Positions 15,101-20,667 of a stretch of 20,667 nt of DNA are shown here, piece by piece. The notes under the pieces are model-generated. The model saw nothing but the letters and a program-made list of their open reading frames with translations. It was not told the origin of the DNA and did not search any database. A program made the position numbers and the translations under genes. Positions within the stretch are counted from its first letter, which is position 1. Every line of letters starts with the position of its first letter. Origin of the DNA: a virus. Where the stretch lies: positions 3,834 to 24,500 of the IMG/VR virus record IMGVR_UViG_3300029428_000026. The stretch is one strand, 5' to 3'.

Positions 15101-15352
15101 ATGTGCAAACTCTCCGAAGTACCGGCGCGTTTCCTGGATTTTGCCAAGGCTTCACCCATGCTTGCCTGCGTCATGCTGTCGTTGGTCATTTGCGGCGGGG
15201 CGTGCTGGTACATCGGAGATGTCATGGGACATCACAACGACCGACTTTGCGATCTGATGACGATGCAGACGCAGGCCCAGGTAGAGACGGCAAAGGCTAT
15301 TCAGCTTCTTGCCGTCAGAATAGAGAATATCGAGCGGAAGCTTGAAAAATAG
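15101..15352 (+). CDS. Small membrane protein with one TM plus a coiled coil (holin or i-spanin-like)
   Basis: TM segment SPMLACVMLSLVICGGACWYIG, then helical ..QTQAQVETAKAIQLLAVRIENIERKLEK. It lies immediately upstream of the amidase. Confidence 0.6.
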   Translation: MCKLSEVPARFLDFAKASPMLACVMLSLVICGGACWYIGDVMGHHNDRLCDLMTMQTQAQVETAKAIQLLAVRIENIERKLEK

Positions 15353-15418
15353 TCAACTGTAAAGTTTTTCTTACAAGTTCATACATATTAATAACCAATC
15401 AATTAAAGGAGAATATCC

Positions 15419-15949
15419 AGGAAAATAGCCATTGATATAGGCCATGCCAACAACACCGGAGCCCGTGGAAACAGGCTTGAAGAACACGCCGTAGCAGCGA
15501 CGATTGCGGAACGCCTCGCGCCTATGCTCAGAAAGCTGGGCGCCCAGGTGGACGTAATTGACTTTCCGGCCCAGAGCAACACGGACGACCTGAACGCCAC
15601 CATCAAGGCCGCCAACGAAGGCGGCTACGACTTCGGGATTTCCCTGCATTGTGACTCATCGGATAATGTGCAAGCTCACGGCGCCCATGTGTGCTTCTAT
15701 CCCGGGAGCGTTAAGGGAAGCCGGCTTGCCATGTGCATCGCGGAACCTCTTGCCCGGCTGCTCCCAGGACGGGACTGCACGGTGTTGGCCCGTCCGGGGC
15801 TGGCCGTCCTGAAAAGGACGCGCTGCCCGTGGGTGCTGTGCGAATGCGGCTTTATCACCAATCCTGAAAATGCCGCCCTTATGAAGGACCATCCCGAAGC
15901 CATTGCGGAAGCCATTGCGGAAGGAGTGAAGGCCTATTCCAAGCTGTAG
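15419..15949 (+). CDS. N-acetylmuramoyl-L-alanine amidase (Amidase_3) endolysin. Proposed AGG start at 15419; the ORF track starts at ATG 15524.
   Basis: KIAIDIGHANNTGARGNRLEEH.., which includes the first zinc ligands, is encoded at 15422-15523, upstream of ATG 15524. There is no in-frame ATG/GTG/TTG after the stop at 15404-15406. AAGGAG (15406-15411) sits 7 nt before AGG 15419. Confidence 0.88.
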   Translation, partial: RKIAIDIGHANNTGARGNRLEEHAVAATIAERLAPMLRKLGAQVDVIDFPAQSNTDDLNATIKAANEGGYDFGISLHCDSSDNVQAHGAHVCFYPGSVKGSRLAMCIAEPLARLLPGRDCTVLARPGLAVLKRTRCPWVLCECGFITNPENAALMKDHPEAIAEAIAEGVKAYSKL

Positions 15950-15955
15950 ACGATC

Positions 15956-17179
15956 ATGATCTACGAGGCCCCATACTCCGCATGGTACGTTTCCGGAGCC
16001 GGAAACACGCTCCAACTCCTCAACCTCTGGGATGCCACGCCGGAGCCTCCCCGGTTCGGCGGAGACATAGAAGTCTTTGAAACGTCCCTGGTGGACGGCA
16101 CGAGGGCTTTTGCGGAAGGATTGGGGTCTGCCGTAGAACACCGCACCTTTGCCTTTTACCGCTGGTTTAAGGACTACGAAGAAATGGCCAGGTATCAGGA
16201 AAACCTGGCTGTCTGGATGGCAACCAACCAGAACGGCACTCTGTACATGCAGTTTGCCGACCAGCCTCAATGGAGATTCACGTCCGTCCTTGCCGGCTAC
16301 CAATTTGAAACGGAGAACTTCATTCCTCCTCCGTCGCCGGAAGACGGTTATTTGTGTCTGCTGGTATCCATCAACATGACGCTCACGGACCGGGTTCCCG
16401 ACAATTCAGCCTGGGTGTTCTCCGTGACTCCTTCCTCGGTTTCCGTCCCGGCTGCCGGCGGACAATATGCGTTCTCCGTCGTCTCCTACTTCAACCCGGG
16501 CGAAATCGGGCAGGGCTGGAAAGCCTTTGAGAACGACGGCATCTCCATCTCCAACATCATCAACGGCAACAATGGCTCCTTCCGGGTTACAGTGCCTCCC
16601 AACGAAACTACGGAAGAAAAAAGCATTTATCTGACAGTTTCCCAGGACGGAACCGGAATCGCTCCTCTCATTGAGATCACCCAGGCGGCATCCACGCCCC
16701 AGGAGAAAACGGTGGGCTCTCCCGTCTTCCTGGAAGGGGATCCTGCCAAGATTGCCGCCTTGGGAACGTTTAACTGGCGGCAATACCGGATGAAGTGGGG
16801 AGAACAGGTAGACGGTGATCCGCCGCCGGCAGCCTCCATCAAATCCGTCACCGTGGCCCGCGGGAGCACCAACAACATCAGCACTGCCCTTTCGCTGTAC
16901 GTCCTCAATGAGGATGGGTCCACCACAACGCTGCTGGCTACCAGCAACGCCGCGGTTAATGACGCCGCCAGCCAGCAGGCGACATTCACCTTTCCGACGC
17001 CGCCCAAAGTGGAAGCCGGGATGCAGCTCATCTTCCAGCCCGGCGCCGTCGTATACACCAAAATTGAGAATATCGCGGCCTACGATTGGGGCGGCCTTGC
17101 CTATCGGCCTTATCCGGCCGCAATCACCACGCCTGCCGTGATGCCGGCCATGTCGCTGGACGTCGAATACATCGGATAA
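15956..17179 (+). CDS. Virion structural protein with a central BACON/Ig-like domain and a C-terminal putative binding domain
   Basis: The 16412-16693 region encodes WVFSVTPSSVSVPAAGGQYAFSVVS...SFRVTVPPNETTEEKSIYLTVSQDG..IEITQAA. ATG start. Confidence 0.7.
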   Translation: MIYEAPYSAWYVSGAGNTLQLLNLWDATPEPPRFGGDIEVFETSLVDGTRAFAEGLGSAVEHRTFAFYRWFKDYEEMARYQENLAVWMATNQNGTLYMQFADQPQWRFTSVLAGYQFETENFIPPPSPEDGYLCLLVSINMTLTDRVPDNSAWVFSVTPSSVSVPAAGGQYAFSVVSYFNPGEIGQGWKAFENDGISISNIINGNNGSFRVTVPPNETTEEKSIYLTVSQDGTGIAPLIEITQAASTPQEKTVGSPVFLEGDPAKIAALGTFNWRQYRMKWGEQVDGDPPPAASIKSVTVARGSTNNISTALSLYVLNEDGSTTTLLATSNAAVNDAASQQATFTFPTPPKVEAGMQLIFQPGAVVYTKIENIAAYDWGGLAYRPYPAAITTPAVMPAMSLDVEYIG

Positions 17180-17206
17180 CAACACCTTTTCAACATACCA
17201 CCAATC

Positions 17207-17497
17207 ATGACTGACCAATCCACTCAACCTGAAAACGGCATGGAACGGCTTTTCGGAGAATTTGCCGAAGCCTGCCTCAAGAACCCCTCCCTGGACCAGG
17301 CGACGCGAGCCTTGCGGGAAAGCGTCTTTGCCGCTGCCGGACAAGCCGGCGTCAACCCCTCCGAAGCCTTCGGCATCATCTTCCGGGATATGATGATGCT
17401 TGAATACTTCCAAAAACGCGTGGACGACGCCCGCGCCAGCCTCGCGGACGGGAAACTTCCTGCTTTCGCCATCGAAGAAGTCAACACTCAACGATAA
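17207..17497 (+). CDS. Tail assembly chaperone-like protein (assigned by position)
   Basis: A 96-aa helical protein immediately upstream of the tape measure. I found no slippery heptamer. Confidence 0.5.
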   Translation: MTDQSTQPENGMERLFGEFAEACLKNPSLDQATRALRESVFAAAGQAGVNPSEAFGIIFRDMMMLEYFQKRVDDARASLADGKLPAFAIEEVNTQR

Positions 17498-17515
17498 CCC
17501 CTTATCAATTCCACC

Positions 17516-19402
17516 ATGGCTACCAAGAAAGAAATCGAAATCAAGCTCAAGTCCACGCTGGACGGAAAAGGCGTGGAAGAAGCAAAGCAGAAGATTGACT
17601 CCCTGAATAAATCCACAGACCAGCTCGACAAAGGCAGTCAAAAGGCAACCAAGAGCATCAAGAACATGGGGCAGGGGATGCTGCAGGTTGCCTACTTCAT
17701 GGATGACGTCCAATATGGCATCAAGGGCATCCTGAACAATATTCCGGGCCTTGTAATAGGCTTCGGCGGCGGGGCGGGCCTGGCCGGCGCTCTCTCCCTT
17801 GCCACGCTTGCAGGCGCGAAGCTCTACGAGTGGCTTTCCGATAGTGCGGACAAGACAGACGATCTTGCCAAAAAAATGAAGGAGCAGAGCAAAGAGGTTG
17901 CCGAAGCCTATCGTCAGTCAATCCGGGAAAGCTATCAGGCCTTGCAGGAATTCAACAAGGAAGAACGCACCAAGACCGTCAATGAAGAGTATCAAAACTA
18001 TGTAAAGGGCATTACCCGGGAATTTGAATATCAGACGGAAGAGCTTGAAAAGCAAATTCGCCTGAGACGAGAGGAAGCGGCCCGTCAGAAGGGAATTGAT
18101 ACACGTCAGGCAGAGCTTGACCGCGTCAATTTGGAAGTGGACTACCAAGAAGGAAGAATCTCCAAGAGGCAACGCGATTACGGCCTGATGATGGTTGATC
18201 AGAATCTGGACCAGAAAATCCGCCAGAGTGATTTAGGCGTGGAGCAGGCTAATTATATGGATATTGGAAAACAGCTTGCGGAGGCAGTCAAAGCCCGAGA
18301 TGCTGCGGAAGCTCATGCTTTTGATATGCAGTTTAAACAAGGGAACCTTCTTTCTCCTCAAAATATTCTTGGACTTTTACAGCAGCAAGAACGTGCTCAA
18401 CGGAGGATCGACACTGCAGAAAGTCAACTTCCAGATTTACGCGGGGAAATATGGGAGAAAAATAAAGAGTATAACGCGGCTTTGAGACAAACTGGTGGTT
18501 ATGAAAATTCAAACTCCATACAGGCGAAAAAAGAAATTGATGATTTAATTGCGAAGCAGGAGAGGCTTGTTGAATTAATCAAAACAGCGAGGGAAGAGGC
18601 TAATCAGGCAAACGATCAATTGGGATCCCTTCAGGCTGTGCTGAGAGAAGGCGGCGTAAATATTGAACTAGACTATGGACAAGGATCAGATGTGAATAGT
18701 CGTTTCAAGCAAGCCTCAACTGCGGTAGAAGAGTTTAAAAAAAATACGGATGCTGCGAAAAAACAATTTGATGTTTTAAGGGAGAAAGCTGGTTCATTGG
18801 GTGATGCGATGGCTTCCGCTGAGGCGTCCATCAAAAATATGGAGCAAACCGATGCTCTTCAAAATCAAATAGACGCCGGCAAGGTTAAATCATTTAACTT
18901 GCAAAGAGACAGGGAAGAAGCAGAGGAAGCCCGAAGAAATGAAGAAAAAATAAAGAAGGCTCGTGAGCAGGCCGAAAAGGAGGCTCAAAAGCAGACTGCC
19001 GAGAGGCAGCAGGCAATGTTCCGCGGCATTACTCTTGAAGGAGTTCCCGAGCATCCTACCGCCCAGCAACGCCCCCGGATCGCAGCTGCCCGCGAAGCTT
19101 TGAATGCAGGGAAGAAACGCATTGCAGAAAGCATTTCGGCAACAGATACGGAAATCGACCCCAGCGAGCTTCAAGGCGCGTTTGACGTTATGGAAAACGC
19201 ATTGAGAGAAAGTGGACAATACACAAAAAAATTAATGGATTATTTGAAAACCATAGCAACAGCACAGGCCGCGAATGTCAATGCTGTGCAAGTGGATACA
19301 AAAAAATATGTAGATGCTAAATTCGAGGAAATCTTGAAAATAGCGCAGAAGAGCAACGGAAGATTGCAAACAGGGATAAACAGGCTTGCCGGAGGCCATT
19401 AA
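17516..19402 (+). CDS. Tail tape measure protein
   Basis: A 628-aa protein, mostly Lys/Glu/Gln-rich coiled coil, with a Gly-rich hydrophobic segment GLVIGFGGGAGLAGALSLATLAGA. It sits at the tape-measure position. Confidence 0.8.
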   Translation: MATKKEIEIKLKSTLDGKGVEEAKQKIDSLNKSTDQLDKGSQKATKSIKNMGQGMLQVAYFMDDVQYGIKGILNNIPGLVIGFGGGAGLAGALSLATLAGAKLYEWLSDSADKTDDLAKKMKEQSKEVAEAYRQSIRESYQALQEFNKEERTKTVNEEYQNYVKGITREFEYQTEELEKQIRLRREEAARQKGIDTRQAELDRVNLEVDYQEGRISKRQRDYGLMMVDQNLDQKIRQSDLGVEQANYMDIGKQLAEAVKARDAAEAHAFDMQFKQGNLLSPQNILGLLQQQERAQRRIDTAESQLPDLRGEIWEKNKEYNAALRQTGGYENSNSIQAKKEIDDLIAKQERLVELIKTAREEANQANDQLGSLQAVLREGGVNIELDYGQGSDVNSRFKQASTAVEEFKKNTDAAKKQFDVLREKAGSLGDAMASAEASIKNMEQTDALQNQIDAGKVKSFNLQRDREEAEEARRNEEKIKKAREQAEKEAQKQTAERQQAMFRGITLEGVPEHPTAQQRPRIAAAREALNAGKKRIAESISATDTEIDPSELQGAFDVMENALRESGQYTKKLMDYLKTIATAQAANVNAVQVDTKKYVDAKFEEILKIAQKSNGRLQTGINRLAGGH

Positions 19403-19448
19403 CAGCTTTTAGACTTGCACCCACGCCAGTTTATAGCACCATACCACT

Positions 19449-20030
19449 ATGGCTAATTATTACGTTGCTTCCAACTCAAACAATGCCGAGGGCCCCTACT
19501 CTTTTGAAGAACTTGAGGCCTTATACAAGGAAGGGGAAATCTTATCAGAAACACTTGTTTTCCCTGAAGGCGGTCAAGAGTGGATGCCATTTGGAAGGGT
19601 TTATCATCTGACCAAAAACACTAATAGAAAAGCAGAAAAAAAAGAAACGGAGCGCAAACCAAAGAAGAGCTTTATTGAAGTTCTCTTAGATGAGTCAGAA
19701 AAAAGAAAAGCAGAAAAAAAAGAAACGGAGCGCAAACCAAAGAAGAGTTTTATTGAATGCTCTCTTAGAGATTCCAGAAAAAATCCTTCTTGGAAAGAAA
19801 TCCAAGAACTGAACGATCAAGAGCCTCTAAAAATCACAATAGAGGGGATATTCCGTGTTGTTGGCGTAATAGCTTTACTTGCTGGGATTGTGCTGTTTTA
19901 CTCTACCGCAGATGATGGGCAACAGGCCTTATGTTTCATTTACCTGATTTCTGGGGCTTTCTCTTGCCTCCTGTGTTTTTGGTTTGCGAAAGTGCTGACG
20001 TTGCTTCAGCAGATTGCCGACAAAAAATAA
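19449..20030 (+). CDS. GYF_2 (DUF4339)-like domain membrane protein with an internal 26-aa tandem duplication; moron candidate
   Basis: N-terminal YYVASNSNNAEGPYSFEELEALYKEGEILSETLVFPEGGQEWMPFGRVYHL. Duplicated RKAEKKETERKPKKSFIE. C-terminal hydrophobic region. About 35% GC. Confidence 0.75.
   Translation: MANYYVASNSNNAEGPYSFEELEALYKEGEILSETLVFPEGGQEWMPFGRVYHLTKNTNRKAEKKETERKPKKSFIEVLLDESEKRKAEKKETERKPKKSFIECSLRDSRKNPSWKEIQELNDQEPLKITIEGIFRVVGVIALLAGIVLFYSTADDGQQALCFIYLISGAFSCLLCFWFAKVLTLLQQIADKK
19626..19781 (+). repeat. 78-bp tandem duplication (2 copies) inside the GYF-domain gene
   Basis: The 54-nt cores at 19626-19679 and 19704-19757 differ at one position (19670 C vs 19748 T). The 3' parts of the units have diverged. 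Confidence 0.9.
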
Positions 20031-20057
20031 ATATCAACCTAACCATATTCAAGCAGC

Positions 20058-20667
20058 AGGAACCATAACATTACCATAGATGACTTGCTGGCTCTCAAGC
20101 CATCAAGCCTTACGCACGATCAACAGAGCTTCTCCACGTCCACCATTACGGCAGTTTACCCCGTCAGGACGCTTGGAGAAACTTTACCGTACAAGCAATT
20201 CGACACCGTCACCATCTCCCAAAACGGGCAAGTCATCCTAGTGGGGCTGGTGTCCAATATTGAAAAAGTATACAGCGGCAGCCAGCGGTCCTGGAGGATT
20301 GTTTTTTCCGACCCCTGGTATTACCTCGCTAATTGCTATGCTTTGGAAAATGGATGGCAGCCGACGTTTGGGCTTTTCCCCCGTAAAGGCGTAGAGGGTA
20401 TTATTCCCAAGGTCAACCTGAGCGGCGCTTTGTCCAGCGTGCTTGACATGGCAAAGCACCACCCAGCCAGCTATGAGCTACGCATCAGAGACGACAAGCA
20501 GCTGATACCGTGGAATGCATCCTGCGATACTCTTCAAAGTCTGCTGCAGTCCATCCGGCGCTGGTCTCCGCGTATGGTCAGTTATTATGACTACACGGGA
20601 GAACGGCCCAAGCTCATCATCACGGACTATGACTCCCTTGAACCTATTTCCCTGCCGCTGCAACCCT
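20058..20667 (+). CDS. Distal tail/baseplate-type structural protein, 3'-truncated by the window edge. Proposed AGG start at 20058; the canonical alternative is TTG 20085.
   Basis: The frame is open from 20043 to the window end, so it is absent from the ORF track for lack of a stop. The sequence is protein-like (..VILVGLVSNIEKVYSGSQRSWRIVFSDPWYYL..). The two minus-strand ORFs listed here are shadows. Confidence 0.7.

Larger units (their letters stand above)
1..20667. mobile_element. Tailed-phage/prophage segment: a leftward accessory module plus a rightward packaging/head/tail/lysis late operon with a Mu-like head module. No sheath gene is seen.
   Basis: Contiguous same-strand genes with recognisable terminase, portal, protease/scaffold, capsid, tape-measure and amidase sequence. 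Genes are tightly packed or overlapping. Confidence 0.9.

Noticed and set aside
15358-15375. Weak AT-rich hairpin (TGTAAAG-TTTTT-CTTACA) after the 15101..15352 gene, as a possible terminator.
   Set aside because: It has only ~6 bp with a bulge, is all A:T apart from two pairs, and has no clear U-tract beyond the loop.
17400-17606. A G/GT-type programmed frameshift between the chaperone-like gene and the tape measure.
   Set aside because: There is no X-XXY-YYZ slippery heptamer in phase (CCAAAAAC at 17410-17417 is out of register). The overlapping ORF is in the +1 frame and Lys/Ser-rich.
16406-17713. Long minus-strand ORFs opposite the late operon: 16406..17713 (435 aa), 4242..5036, 10384..11007, 7870..8436, 15656..16303, 6081..6770 and others.
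   Set aside because: Their products are Arg/Gly/Pro-rich and low in complexity. They lie entirely antisense to well-supported genes in high-GC DNA, so they are typical shadow ORFs.

Overview
This window holds about 20.7 kb of a tailed-phage, probably prophage, genome. Three leftward, low-GC accessory or regulatory genes occupy 80-2198: a 4xHTH-repeat protein, a 107-aa strongly acidic protein, and a double zinc-ribbon protein with a NUMOD-like tail. A rightward late operon follows. It carries a Mu-like head module: small and large terminase, DUF935-type portal, gpI-type protease/scaffold, a decoration-like protein, major capsid, and gp36-, gpF-, gpG- and gp37-like genes. After that come a tail-tube-like gene with an intrinsic terminator and a collagen-repeat fibre with a BACON-like C-terminus. 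Next is a lysis cassette (two membrane proteins plus an Amidase_3 endolysin) and a second BACON-like structural protein. The operon ends with a chaperone-like gene, the tape measure, a low-GC GYF-domain membrane moron, and the start of a distal tail gene. The main observation has two parts. First, the TerL-portal gap encodes a 74-nt tRNA with anticodon CCU (reads AGG). Its acceptor stem is that of a bacterial initiator tRNA: C1xA72 mismatch, G2:C71, C3:G70, A73. Second, four essential late genes (terS, terL, major capsid, endolysin) have recognisable N-terminal domain sequence upstream of any ATG/GTG/TTG. In each, that sequence lies directly downstream of an in-frame AGG. Portal, tube, fibre and the distal tail gene show the same arrangement. 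Seven of the eight AGGs are preceded by C, which could pair with G37 of the tRNA. I propose a phage-encoded AGG-reading initiator tRNA plus an AGG-start late regulon. This is inference from sequence only and has not been verified by any search or experiment.
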